From an uncultured Maritimibacter sp. (GTDB lineage: Bacteria > Pseudomonadota > Alphaproteobacteria > Rhodobacterales > Rhodobacteraceae): a stretch of DNA of 64,000 nt. Made by a program: the position numbers and the translations under genes. The notes below the pieces were generated by a model. The model did no database searches and was not told the DNA's origin. It saw only the letters and a program-made list of their open reading frames with translations. The stretch lies in NCBI RefSeq assembly GCF_937129605.1, contig NZ_CAKZNN010000007.1. One strand, 5' to 3'. Below, piece after piece: positions 11,533-21,636 of the stretch; positions within the stretch are counted from its first letter, which is position 1, and every line of letters starts with the position of its first letter.

Positions 11533-12574
11533 GGTCTGCGCGACGCGACCCGGTGCGGAACGCCGCGCCAATACCGATGGCCTCGCGGGTGTTCTGCGAG
11601 GCCATTTTGCTGACCCATTCACCGCTCAGCGCCCGCGTCTCCGCAGCGGTCAAGAGCCGTCCGGCAGGCACCGCCTCGGACCGGGCCGGCAGGTCCTCGA
11701 CACGGCAGCCGAGCACGCGCGCGATCCCGGCCAGCGCCAGTTCGCCCAGCGCGTCACGGGCCTGGTCGCCCAAGAGCAGGCTTTCGACCCCCAGCCCCTC
11801 GGCCAGGATCGCCGCGTGCCGGTCGAGAAGGATCGTATGATAGCCCACCGGCCCATCACGCTTCTGTGCCCGCACCTTCGGCAGATCGACAAACGACTTG
11901 GCCGGGCCAAAGACGATCTCACCTCCGAGGCGGAGAGCAATCCTGTGGTTTGGCGACAGGCGCAGCGTGCGATATGGCAACCCGCGCCCCATGGCGTTGG
12001 CGCGGATCAAGATCGGCCGTTGGTCCGGTGGCAGATGCGAGATCATGCGCCCGCCCGTCCAGAGCACCCGGCGCAGGTCGCCAGAAACCGAATAGACGAG
12101 ATCCCCCGGCGAAACCAGTTCGACAGGCCTCAACCCGGCCCGTGTCGCGATCATCGTCCCGGTGGCGAAACAGACCGGCGGCGCCCCGGCGAACGAGGCA
12201 GAATAAGGCTGGGCACTGGTGTTCGTCACCAGAGCGATGGCGGAGAGGATGTTCGGCGTTCCGTTCGGATAGACGAAGAAATACTGACCCGTTCCCGTGT
12301 TGCGCATGATCATCACGTCAACCGGGAAGCCGGTGGGAATGATCAGCGGCCCAAAGGCGAGGCCGGGCTGGGCAAACCCGGATCCCACCATCTCGAAGGT
12401 CTGGCCACCGATCGTGTACTGTTCGCCGAGATAGAAGACCCCGGTTTCATCCACCAGCGACAGCCCGGTTTGCAGCGGGCCGAAGATATTGAGCAAGTGG
12501 TTGACGTTGTTACCGAAAATCGTCGGCAACGTCAGCGAAAAACTCAAAGACTGCATCGAAACCGTCAGGTCCAA
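11510..12574 (-). CDS. Hint domain-containing protein (bacterial intein-like, B-type/Hint_2)
   Basis: [11 protein letters not shown] block [10 protein letters not shown] block [21 protein letters not shown]-terminal block; TTG start. Confidence 0.85.
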
Positions 12575-12747
12575 TGAACGACACCCTTACAAACTTTCGC
12601 GACTCGCCTAATGGGCGACTCAGTTATCCAATCAGTTAATTGTGTCCGCCAATCCTGCTGGTAATATGGCCGATCTCGTCCATTTCGATGGCCCTGTCCT
12701 AACCGCCGGTTTGCGCAGACTCTTCGACCTTTGCCGACCTCGGACGC

Positions 12748-12772
12748 GGAACCAGTTCCGCTCACGCGCGTT
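12748..12772 (+). promoter_or_regulatory. EcfG (sigma-T)-type promoter upstream of the GlsB/YeaQ/YmgE gene
   Basis: GGAAC-N16-CGTT exact consensus. Confidence 0.7.
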
Positions 12773-12841
12773 CACACTCAGGATACCGGACGGCTCGGAC
12801 GACGGACGAGGTCTGGTCACAGACACGAGAGGAAAGAACAC

Positions 12842-13096
12842 ATGACGGGTATTGGCTGGTTCGCTGCCATCATCATCGGGGCCATCGCCGGTTGGCTTGC
12901 CGAACAATTCATGAAGTCCAACATGGGCCTTTTGATGAACATCATCCTGGGCATCGGCGGCGCGCTGATCCTCAATGCCATCCTGTTCGCGCTTGGCGTC
13001 GGCACGCTGGGCGGCTGGATTGGCCAACTCGTCATCGGCTTCATCGGCGCCTGCCTGCTGATTGCGCTGGCTCGGATGATCCGCCGGGCGACGTGA
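12842..13096 (+). CDS. GlsB/YeaQ/YmgE family stress-response membrane protein
   Basis: MTGIGWFAAIIIGAIAGWLA..NIILGIGGALI; GAAAGAAC before the ATG. Confidence 0.9.
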   Translation: MTGIGWFAAIIIGAIAGWLAEQFMKSNMGLLMNIILGIGGALILNAILFALGVGTLGGWIGQLVIGFIGACLLIALARMIRRAT

Positions 13097-13117
13097 GCGG
13101 ATTAATTTTCATCGCAG

Positions 13118-13146
13118 AGGGGCGGGGACACTTGTTCCCGCCCTTT
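13118..13146 (+). terminator. Probable terminator
   Basis: GGGCGGGGAC-ACTT-GTTCCCGCCC followed by TTT. Confidence 0.6.
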
Positions 13147-13221
13147 CCGTATCCATCTGTCGTCGGCGCGGCCCTGATACACCTTGCGAAACCTGCCGCG
13201 TGACCGGAGATCTTCCCCCAA

Positions 13222-14169
13222 ATGCTTGACTTTGTGCTTGTCGCCGTCGGCCTGATCGGCCTGCTCATCGGCGGTGAATTCCTTGTGCGCGGCTCGGTCG
13301 CGGTGGCACGGGCCGCCGGGCTGTCGCCCATGGTCATCGGCCTCACTCTTGTGGGCTTCGGCACCTCGGCGCCGGAGCTTGTCACCTCGCTCCAGGCCGC
13401 CTCCATCGGTTCGCCCGGTATCGCGGTGGGCAACGTCGTGGGGTCCAACATCGGGAACATTCTGCTCATCCTCGGCATCGCAGCCTCGATGGGCGTGATC
13501 GCGGTGGACAAGAAGGCGTTCCGCCGCGACGGCCTTGTGCTCGCCCTCGCCTCGCTCGCCGCGCTGGGGGTCGTGCTGTCGGGCGAGATGAACCGGACCG
13601 CGGGAGGGCTGCTGTTCGCGATGCTCATCGGCTACCTCGCGTTCACGCTGATCTCCGAACGCCGCCGCCCGCAGGCGGCTGATGTCTACGCGGCCGAGGC
13701 CGACCTACCCGCGCCGATGGCAACGATCCCGGCGCTTCTGACCACCGTCGCCGGGCTTGCGGGCACGATCCTTGCCGCCAAGGCCCTGGTCACCGGCAGC
13801 GTGGGGATCGCGAGCGCGATGGGCCTTTCGGAAACACTGATCGGGCTGACCATCGTTGCCATCGGCACCTCGATGCCAGAGCTCGTCACCAGCGTGATCG
13901 CCATGCGCAAGGGCGAGGGCGACGTGGCCTTTGGGAACGTGGTCGGCTCCAACATCTTCAACATCCTTGGCATCCTCGGGATCACCGCGCTCGTATCACC
14001 CCTGACCGTGCCGCCCGAGATCTTGCGGCTCGACATCTGGGTCATGCTCGCCGCGACTGCCGCGCTCATTGTCGTGGCGATGACGGGGTGGCGCATAACC
14101 CGAGGCGAGGGCGCGGTGCTGGTCGCCGGTTACTTGGCCTACCTCGGCGTTCTGATCGCCGGCGCCTGA
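13222..14169 (+). CDS. Calcium/sodium antiporter (CaCA, YrbG-like)
   Basis: Two alpha repeats [15 protein letters not shown] and [15 protein letters not shown]; about 10 TM segments. Confidence 0.93.
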   Translation: MLDFVLVAVGLIGLLIGGEFLVRGSVAVARAAGLSPMVIGLTLVGFGTSAPELVTSLQAASIGSPGIAVGNVVGSNIGNILLILGIAASMGVIAVDKKAFRRDGLVLALASLAALGVVLSGEMNRTAGGLLFAMLIGYLAFTLISERRRPQAADVYAAEADLPAPMATIPALLTTVAGLAGTILAAKALVTGSVGIASAMGLSETLIGLTIVAIGTSMPELVTSVIAMRKGEGDVAFGNVVGSNIFNILGILGITALVSPLTVPPEILRLDIWVMLAATAALIVVAMTGWRITRGEGAVLVAGYLAYLGVLIAGA

Positions 14170-14208
14170 GCCGCGGAACATCGGAGGCCAGCGCGGGTTG
14201 GCCTTCCG

Positions 14209-15252
14209 ATGTTCAGTGACCTGCCGCTCCCCGCCCTTCTCGCCCTTTTCGCCGTCGCGGGGGGCGTCGTCGTCGCCGCCTCGATCAAGGCCACGCAACT
14301 GGCCGACGTGATCGCGGACCGCACCCGAATGGGCGAGGCGCTGGCGGGCGGGCTGATCCTTGGCGGCGCCACCTCGCTGTCGGGCGTCGTCGTCTCGGTC
14401 ACTGCCGCCGCGCAGGGGGATGCGAGCTTTGCCTTTTCGAACGCCGTGGGCGGGATCGCGGCGCAAACCATGTTCCTCGCACTGGCGGACTTGATTTATC
14501 GTCGCGCGAACCTCGAACATGCTGCCGCCGAGCCTGCGAACATGTTTCAGGCGGTGATGCTCATCATCCTCCTGAGCCTGCCTGTCGCCGCCATGTCCGG
14601 CCCCGACATCGCCTATTTCGGCATCCACCCGGTGTCGGTCGTGCTGTTCCTCGCCTATCTTGCGGGCGTGCGGCTCGCCGCCGGGGTGCGCGAGGCCCCG
14701 ATGTGGGAGCCGGTCGAAACCTCGGACACCCGCCACGACGACCCCGAGGATGCCGACGACGCGGACAAGCCGGTCACGTGGCCCGCGATCATCTTTGCGG
14801 GGCTGGCCGTCGCCATGGCCTGTGCCGGATGGATCATCAGCCAGGCAGGCGGGCAGTTCATCACCCGGTTTTCCCTGTCGTCCTCTCTCGTGGGCAGCCT
14901 GATCACCGCCGTCGTCACCTCGATCCCCGAGCTTGTCACGACACTCGTCGCCGTGCGCCGGGGCGCGTTGCAGCTTGCCGTGGGCGGGATCATCGGCGGC
15001 AACACCTTCGACACCCTGTTCCTCGTGTTCTCCGACGTGGCTTACCGCGACGGCTCGCTGTTTCACGCAGTGGGGACGGGCGATCTTTACTGGCTCGCCA
15101 CTGGGATGTTGCTGACCGCGGTGCTTCTGGGGGGGCTGATCTTGCGGCAGCGGCAGGGACCGGCGCGGATCGGGATCGAAAGCCTGCTCATGCTCATCAT
15201 CTACGCCAGCGCCGTGGCCGTCGAAGTGACCAAACCGGGGGCGGCGGGGTGA
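14209..15252 (+). CDS. Second CaCA-family antiporter with a degenerate first alpha repeat
   Basis: Alpha-1 ATSLSGVV, alpha-2 VTSIPELV..GGNTFD; hydrophobic. Confidence 0.85.
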   Translation: MFSDLPLPALLALFAVAGGVVVAASIKATQLADVIADRTRMGEALAGGLILGGATSLSGVVVSVTAAAQGDASFAFSNAVGGIAAQTMFLALADLIYRRANLEHAAAEPANMFQAVMLIILLSLPVAAMSGPDIAYFGIHPVSVVLFLAYLAGVRLAAGVREAPMWEPVETSDTRHDDPEDADDADKPVTWPAIIFAGLAVAMACAGWIISQAGGQFITRFSLSSSLVGSLITAVVTSIPELVTTLVAVRRGALQLAVGGIIGGNTFDTLFLVFSDVAYRDGSLFHAVGTGDLYWLATGMLLTAVLLGGLILRQRQGPARIGIESLLMLIIYASAVAVEVTKPGAAG

Positions 15253-15314
15253 CCCCGCGCTTGACTTCCCCTCGCCCGGACGGGCACCTCTTGGCCAAAG
15301 GTCAGGAGAACCGG

Positions 15315-15752
15315 ATGAGCGACGCGCCCGAAGAAAAGCCCGAGAAGGTCAAGAAACCGAAACGTCCGCAGCAGGTCTATACCCTGCTTGTCGAGGTGGG
15401 GCGGCACAGGGACGACGGCCTGCCCGAAGGCAGCACCGGCGCCGCGCTCATGTGCTATGCCTCGGGCGTGGACGAGGCCGAGGCGGTGCGCGAAACCGTC
15501 GCGATCCTGAAACAGGCCGACCTCGCGCCGCTGGACGTGACCGGATACGGCACGCTCGACGAGCGGCTCGAGATGGGCCACGACATTTCCGCGGAGGAGC
15601 GCGAGCTGATGGCGCGCGCGCTCGAGGAGAACTCGGTCATCGTCGCCCAGATGACGCCCTTCTTCGAGGACGACAAATCCGCAGGTGACGACGCCTCGGG
15701 CAAAGGCGGTCCCAAGGGCGGCCCGAAAGCCAAGGGCCGCAAGAATGGCTGA
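15315..15752 (+). CDS. Hypothetical protein
   Basis: ATG after AGGAGAA; globular core VYTLLVEVGR..CYASGVDEAEAVRE; stop overlaps the next gene. Confidence 0.75.
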   Translation: MSDAPEEKPEKVKKPKRPQQVYTLLVEVGRHRDDGLPEGSTGAALMCYASGVDEAEAVRETVAILKQADLAPLDVTGYGTLDERLEMGHDISAEERELMARALEENSVIVAQMTPFFEDDKSAGDDASGKGGPKGGPKAKGRKNG

Positions 15753-16746
15753 TCGCCTGATCCAGATCGTCGCCTCCGAGGACGACATCGGAACGATTAC
15801 CAAATGCTTCGAGGATCTGCCGGAAGAGAACTGGTATTGCATGCCCGCCGGCGAAGACGGACGTCAGGCGGTGATCGCCGCGCTGGACAAGGTCGATCTG
15901 CAAGAGGTGCTCGACGCGATTTCCGAGGCGATGGAGGGCCGAAAGGGCTGGACGCTCCATGCACTTCCCACCGAAGCGAGCCTGCCGGAGGCCGATGAGG
16001 AAGAGGAAGAGCGCGTCGCGCAGGCCGAAAGCGCCAACGCCCGCGAAGAAATCTACAACGACATCCGGGCTGGGACTGCGCTGACCTCGGATTACCTGAT
16101 CATGACCGCGCTCGCGACCGTGGTGGCGGCCATCGGGCTCATTCAGGATCAGGTGCCGGTCGTCATCGGGGCCATGGTCATCGCGCCGCTGCTTGGTCCC
16201 ATCCTCGCCTTTGCCTTTGCCACTACCATTGGCACCGTGCCGCTGATGCTCATCGCGCTCCGGGCACTTGGCGCGGGGCTGCTGGTGGCCATCGTGGCGG
16301 GCGTGGTCCTGTCCTTAATCGTCCCGTTCAACGGCGAATCCTCGCTGCTGGACTATACCGGCGAACTCAGCCTGATGACCGTCGCGCTGCCGCTCGCCTC
16401 GGGCGCGGCGGCCGCGCTCATGGTGGCCGGCGGGCAGACCTCGGGGTTGGTGGGTGTCATGGTCGCGGCCGCGCTGCTGCCGCCGCTCGCCGCCTTCGGG
16501 CTGCTTCTGGGCAACGGCAACTACGTGCAGGCGGTCCGCGCCTTTGCCACCGTGATCATCAACATTGCGGCCATCAACCTTGCCACCCAGGCGGTGTTCT
16601 TTCTCAAGGGCATCCGGCCAAAGAAATGGGAAAGCCAGAACTACGGCACCTCGATGCGGATTTCGCTGGGGTCGTCGGTCTTGGTCGTCGCCGTGCTGGG
16701 CGCGGCGACGCTGGCCGCGGAACATGGATGGATGTGGTTCGGATGA
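15745..16746 (+). CDS. TIGR00341/DUF389 family membrane protein
   Basis: VIGAMVIAPLLGPI, GVMVAAALLPP motifs. Confidence 0.88.
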   Translation: MADRLIQIVASEDDIGTITKCFEDLPEENWYCMPAGEDGRQAVIAALDKVDLQEVLDAISEAMEGRKGWTLHALPTEASLPEADEEEEERVAQAESANAREEIYNDIRAGTALTSDYLIMTALATVVAAIGLIQDQVPVVIGAMVIAPLLGPILAFAFATTIGTVPLMLIALRALGAGLLVAIVAGVVLSLIVPFNGESSLLDYTGELSLMTVALPLASGAAAALMVAGGQTSGLVGVMVAAALLPPLAAFGLLLGNGNYVQAVRAFATVIINIAAINLATQAVFFLKGIRPKKWESQNYGTSMRISLGSSVLVVAVLGAATLAAEHGWMWFG

Positions 16747-17381
16747 GCACGGTTTTCCTCGACCTCGACGGCACGCTCACCGACCCCAAGCCCGGCATCA
16801 CCCGCTCGGTCATCCACGCGCTGCAAAAGCTGGGCTTGCCTGCGCCCGAGGAAGACGAGCTGAAATGGGTGATCGGCCCGGCGCTGATCGACAGTTTCGC
16901 GCGGCTGGGCGTATCGGACCCGGACCTCGCGCTTGCCGCCTACCGTGAACGCTACACCGATGTGGGTCTGTTCGAGAATGCGCCTTTCGACGGGGTGCAT
17001 GAGGTGCTGGACCGGCTTTCCGCCAAGCACCGGCTTTGCATAATGACCGCGAAACCCCATGCCTATGCGACGCGGATCACCGAGAAATTCGGGATCACGC
17101 CCTATATGTTCCGCGAATACGGGCCCGAGCTTGACGGCACCCGCAACGACAAGGGCGAGCTGCTCGCCTATGCGCTGGCCGATCTGGGTGCCGATGCCGC
17201 AGACTGCGTCATGGTGGGCGACCGGCACCACGACTTCGACGCCGCGCGGGTTAACGGCATGGCAAGCGTTGCCGTGACATGGGGTTACGGAAACGAAGAG
17301 GAGTACCGGAGTGCCTCGATGATCTGTCGCGAGCTGCGCCACCTGCCCGAAGCCGTCGAGGTCGCGCTTGGGATGGACTGA
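16743..17381 (+). CDS. HAD-superfamily hydrolase (phosphoglycolate phosphatase-like)
   Basis: DLDGT, TAK, MVGDRHHD motifs; ATGA overlap with the previous gene. Confidence 0.92.
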   Translation: MSTVFLDLDGTLTDPKPGITRSVIHALQKLGLPAPEEDELKWVIGPALIDSFARLGVSDPDLALAAYRERYTDVGLFENAPFDGVHEVLDRLSAKHRLCIMTAKPHAYATRITEKFGITPYMFREYGPELDGTRNDKGELLAYALADLGADAADCVMVGDRHHDFDAARVNGMASVAVTWGYGNEEEYRSASMICRELRHLPEAVEVALGMD

Positions 17382-18024
17382 GTTCTTCGCGGCGCTCGTC
17401 GTCTTTTTCGTCCTGCACGCGGTCCCCGTGCGCCCCGGCGTGAAGGGACCGCTCGTGGCGCGCTTTGGCCGCCCGGCGTTCTCCATCGGCTATTCACTCC
17501 TGTCGCTCGCCACGCTCGTCTGGCTGATCGGTGCTGCAGGCCGCGCGCCTTACGTGGAGTTGTGGCCGCTCACCGACGGGGCGCGCCATATCGCGCTCGT
17601 TATGATGGCGCTGTCGGTGCTAATCCTCGCCTTGGGTATCGCCCGGCCCAACCCGCTGTCCTTTGGTGGTGGCGGAAATTTTCGCTTTAACCCGGCCCAT
17701 CCCGGCATCGTGGGCTACACGCGCCATCCGCTGCTGGCCGCCATCGCGCTTTGGGCGCTCGCCCATCTGGTCGCCAACGGCGACCTTGCCCACGTGATCC
17801 TTTTCGGCCTCTTCGTGGGCTTCTCGGTCCTCGGGATGCGGATGATCGACCGACGCAAGCAGCGCGAACTGGGCGACGCAACATGGCACCACTACGCCGC
17901 CACACGGCGCGAGTTGTCCATCGGCGGCAATGGCGCCGTGCGTCTGGGCCTCGCCGTGACGCTTTACCTTCTCCTGATCCTCCTGCACGGGCCGATCATC
18001 GGCGTCTGGCCCGTCGCGTTCTAG
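17368..18024 (+). CDS. NnrU family membrane protein
   Basis: GIVGYTRHPLL..WALAHLVANGDLAHVILFG. Confidence 0.88.
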   Translation: MGWTEFFAALVVFFVLHAVPVRPGVKGPLVARFGRPAFSIGYSLLSLATLVWLIGAAGRAPYVELWPLTDGARHIALVMMALSVLILALGIARPNPLSFGGGGNFRFNPAHPGIVGYTRHPLLAAIALWALAHLVANGDLAHVILFGLFVGFSVLGMRMIDRRKQRELGDATWHHYAATRRELSIGGNGAVRLGLAVTLYLLLILLHGPIIGVWPVAF

Positions 18025-18027
18025 GGG

Positions 18028-18624
18028 TCAGGATCCCGGACGGACCACCACGTCAAACTCCTGCGGCACCGCAGCACCCGAGACCGAGAACATACTTTCG
18101 AGCGGGATGACGAGCTGCGCGGTCTTGCCATCGTCAACGATCTCGCCCGAGGTCTCGATGATCTCCTCGCCCGTCACGCGCATGGTGATCGCATGGCCGA
18201 CGAACGCATCGCCGAACATCATCGCCATCTGCGCGCGCTCTTCCTCGCTCGGCATGTCGGCGGTCATTTCGCTCAGATCAAAGGTGACACGGACGTTGCC
18301 ATCGGCGGTTTCCTCGATCGACACGCCGTCGGCCATGCCAAGATCGCTATTCGGATCGTTCGCTTCCGCAATCAGGTCCGCCAGCGTGCGCACCTCGGTC
18401 TGCGCGCAGGTATAGGTGCCATCGGCGTTTTCGGTCCCGACGCCCTCCTTGCAAGGGTCCTCGCCCGTCGATTTCGCCATCTGGTAGACATCCGCGCCCA
18501 TCGTCATCACCGCGTCGAGCCTCACCGCATCGCGGTCCGAGAAATCCGCCGTCACATCGGCATCGAAACAGCCAGCAAGCGGCAAGGTAAGGGCAAGGAC
18601 AGCCCCGGCAAGGAAACGGCGCAT
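18028..18624 (-). CDS. Hypothetical lipoprotein (LppM-like)
   Basis: Lipobox LAGC; acidic, beta-rich mature domain. Confidence 0.75.
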   Translation of the reverse strand: MRRFLAGAVLALTLPLAGCFDADVTADFSDRDAVRLDAVMTMGADVYQMAKSTGEDPCKEGVGTENADGTYTCAQTEVRTLADLIAEANDPNSDLGMADGVSIEETADGNVRVTFDLSEMTADMPSEEERAQMAMMFGDAFVGHAITMRVTGEEIIETSGEIVDDGKTAQLVIPLESMFSVSGAAVPQEFDVVVRPGS

Positions 18625-18679
18625 GGAAATACTCCCTGGGTGAATTTCGTCTTACCTTGGCAGGGGGCCGCAGGACTGT

Positions 18680-19777
18680 CTAGCGGTGCAGGACCATGGC
18701 GAGCGAACGCGCCTCGTGATCGGACAGCCGGTAGCGGGCAAAGGCACGGTGCGTGGGCAAGGCAGTCACCGGCATTTCGGCAAGCGCGGTGGCCGACAGC
18801 CGCGTGCGGTCCATTGCGATCTGACCAATATACAGGCTCTCGCTCCAGACCGTGTCGTGCAGCAGGCACTCGTGCTGGTCGAGCAGCACATGGTAATAGG
18901 TGACGAGCTTCAGCTTTTCCTCGGGCCAGGCGGCATTGCTGCCTACGAGCCGCCGGGTTTCCAGAAGCACGTCGTCGTCGCCGACCATGTATTCCGCTTC
19001 GGCCCCGCCGACACGGATACGGTGGTCCTGCGCCATCACCACGTCGCCCGACAGCCCAAAGAACGGCGCGCGCAGACGGATCGGGCGAAACGCCCCAAGC
19101 GCCGGCACCGTGCGGCGCGTAATCCAGCGCACCGGTTGCGGACCCGAGGTCGCCGTAACCACGTGATCGCCCAGCCTGAGCCGCTCGATGGGCACGGATC
19201 CCGACGGTGTCTCGACCGGCGTGCCCTCGCAGACCCCGGCGGCAAGACCGATCGGTTCGACCCGATCGGAGACCGCCATGAACACGGTCTCGGACGAGGG
19301 CCGCGACTTGTTGCCATTGCGCATGATGGTCATGGCGTCGAGCAGAGGCATGGCGAGCGGATCATCAAAATAGGCGACGTGGAATTCGCCCGTCGCGATG
19401 AACTTGACCGCAAGCCGCGCCCAGCGCCCGGGACCATTCCAGCTGTAATAGACCCGTACGGCGGTATCCGTGACCGGCGCCGGAAAGGTCATCGCGGCCC
19501 GGAACACCGACCGCCCCTGATGTGCCTCGACCTCGAAACGGCCGCTGGCATGAAGCGTGAGGCTCAGCTCGCGTTTCCATTCACGGTGACGGGCAAAGCG
19601 CAGAATCTCCTGCGGGGTCTCGTCAAAGGCGAGAAACCGGGTTTCGACGACAAGCGTGCCCTCGGGCAGGATCGCATTGGGCAGTTCCGCCGCCACGTTC
19701 ACCTTGTCCTTTGGCGCCCCGATCCCCGCCGGGTTGAAATGCGCCCGCTTGAGGTCCGTCAATCCGATCCAGCTCAT
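18680..19777 (-). CDS. Hint domain protein with a degenerate first Cys
   Basis: GVCEGTPVETPSG..GDHVVT..QPVRWI, DHRI, YYHVLLDQH..SESLY. Confidence 0.85.
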   Translation of the reverse strand: MSWIGLTDLKRAHFNPAGIGAPKDKVNVAAELPNAILPEGTLVVETRFLAFDETPQEILRFARHREWKRELSLTLHASGRFEVEAHQGRSVFRAAMTFPAPVTDTAVRVYYSWNGPGRWARLAVKFIATGEFHVAYFDDPLAMPLLDAMTIMRNGNKSRPSSETVFMAVSDRVEPIGLAAGVCEGTPVETPSGSVPIERLRLGDHVVTATSGPQPVRWITRRTVPALGAFRPIRLRAPFFGLSGDVVMAQDHRIRVGGAEAEYMVGDDDVLLETRRLVGSNAAWPEEKLKLVTYYHVLLDQHECLLHDTVWSESLYIGQIAMDRTRLSATALAEMPVTALPTHRAFARYRLSDHEARSLAMVLHR

Positions 19778-21357
19778 GCAGCAACCCCGTGCGGCAGCAA
19801 GAGCCGCGCCTCGTATCCCTTGAGCATTTTGCGTGCCGCCGCAGGATAACCCAGGCCGGTCTGGGGATCGAGGTCAGGGAAGAGAGACAGGATTTCCTCG
19901 GCGATCTCACGCTCGAACCCGCCCACGACATGGGGACCGGGCAGAAAGCTCTCGGTCGCGAGACCCTCGGAAAACACGACCTGATGCTGATCGAAAAGGA
20001 TGTGGACATAGACCACCTCGCCCCCCTCGATCCGCCGCACGCTCTTATCGTTGACCAGGTTCTTGGCTGCGACCAGCACCTCGGGTTCGCCGAACAGGAG
20101 TTCCGCCAAGCCATCGCGGATGAGGACGCGGTGCAGCGGCGACAGATGCAACGTGCCATGACGGCCAAAGGTGTCGGCGGCGATCCTGACGGGGGCGAAA
20201 GCGCCCTCTGCCGCGACCCGGCGCGTGCCGATCCAGCGCACCGGCTGCGGTCCGTGATCGAGCGTCAGAACAAGGTCGCCCGGCGTCAGCGTCTCGACCG
20301 GCACTTCGCCCGAAGGCGTCGAAATCCGGGTGCCTGCGACGAAACAGGGGATCGAGTTGATCGTGACAAAGGCGCTGTCCGACGCGCCGTTGCCATTGCC
20401 CGTCGCGACGGTGTAGGAGAAATTGACCGCCTCGATATCGGTCCCGTTCACCACGGTGAAAGTGCCATTGGCGTTGAGCGTGATCTGCTGCCCGGTGGCC
20501 AGCGTGATCGTGTCACCCGCGACCACGGCCTGCCCGTTGATATGCGTTACCGTCAGGGTGGAATTGCCCGGTGCGCTGTCATTGGCCAGCACGTCGATGG
20601 TCTTGGTGCCGCCCAGCCCGATGCTGAGGCTGTCGTCGCTCGCGATGACCACCGTCTGTCCGCTGTTGCCCGCGATGAGCAAAGTGGAATCGTAGCTCGT
20701 ATCGCCCACGTCCGCGATGCCGATGCGGATCGTGTTCACCACGTTCGGAATGACCGCCATTTTCACCGTCATGGTGACGGTGAACCCGTCCATCTCGGTG
20801 TTGTATTGGTCATTGGTATTGGAGATGTAGAGGTTTTCGTTCGAGGCAGAGTTGATATTGCCCACCGACCCGTTGCCGCTGCCGATGGTCATCGTCGCGG
20901 GCTGGCCGTTCACCCAGACCCCGATCATGTCGTTGTAGATCGAACCCGCGTATTCCGGGTATTCCTCCGACGAGAACACGAACTGGAGCGTCAGCGTGTC
21001 GCCGGTCGGGATGATGTCCGTCGTGAGGATCGAGGCGTCATAGGTCGACGTGCCCGCGAGCGCGTTGAACAAAGCATCGTTGTTCGGCCCCGAGGTGTTG
21101 GTCGACGTCGCCCCCGAACGGTTCGGGTCGCCGTTGCGTTGCGTAAAGTCCGTCAGATAGCCGGTCGACAGCATCACTCCCGTGTCGGCCGGCGTGATCT
21201 CGGGCGAAATGACATCGCCGTTCGAATAGATTCCGGACGAACGGCTGTCGCCCGAATATGTTGCCGATACGACCGTGACCCCCTCGCCGAATATGGCATT
21301 CGCCATCTCCAGCGCCGTCGCGCCCGTGTCGATCGGGATTTCCCTGCCCGTCGCCAT
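19774..21357 (-). CDS. Hint domain protein with choice-of-anchor-L-like and Ig/cadherin-like N-terminal domains
   Basis: LTLQFVFSSEEYPEY..YNDMIGVWVNG (choice-of-anchor L), TIDVLAND..NGTFT..FSYTV (Ig-like), IPCFVAGT..SPLHRV..HILFDQH..GLATESF (Hint). Confidence 0.87.
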   Translation of the reverse strand: MATGREIPIDTGATALEMANAIFGEGVTVVSATYSGDSRSSGIYSNGDVISPEITPADTGVMLSTGYLTDFTQRNGDPNRSGATSTNTSGPNNDALFNALAGTSTYDASILTTDIIPTGDTLTLQFVFSSEEYPEYAGSIYNDMIGVWVNGQPATMTIGSGNGSVGNINSASNENLYISNTNDQYNTEMDGFTVTMTVKMAVIPNVVNTIRIGIADVGDTSYDSTLLIAGNSGQTVVIASDDSLSIGLGGTKTIDVLANDSAPGNSTLTVTHINGQAVVAGDTITLATGQQITLNANGTFTVVNGTDIEAVNFSYTVATGNGNGASDSAFVTINSIPCFVAGTRISTPSGEVPVETLTPGDLVLTLDHGPQPVRWIGTRRVAAEGAFAPVRIAADTFGRHGTLHLSPLHRVLIRDGLAELLFGEPEVLVAAKNLVNDKSVRRIEGGEVVYVHILFDQHQVVFSEGLATESFLPGPHVVGGFEREIAEEILSLFPDLDPQTGLGYPAAARKMLKGYEARLLLPHGVAA

Positions 21358-21636
21358 CTTTACTCTGCCCCATGCCCACAAGGCAGAGGCGGTGTCAGAC
21401 GGGCCGTGCCCGTTGTCTTTTCTGATATCCGCTCGTTGGCCCCACGCTTTTGCCGCGCTTCGGTGGCCGACCCCTGCCTCGGGATTTGTTAATGATTGGA
21501 CAATGACCCCGAAGGGTCGATTTGTTAACGAACTTGTTCACCTCTCCACTGAATGGAGGAAATCTGTCGCAGGGCTGCAACATTTGCGCCCGAAGCGCCG
21601 GGGATGTATCTGTCTGACAGGCAAGGAGAATACCCC

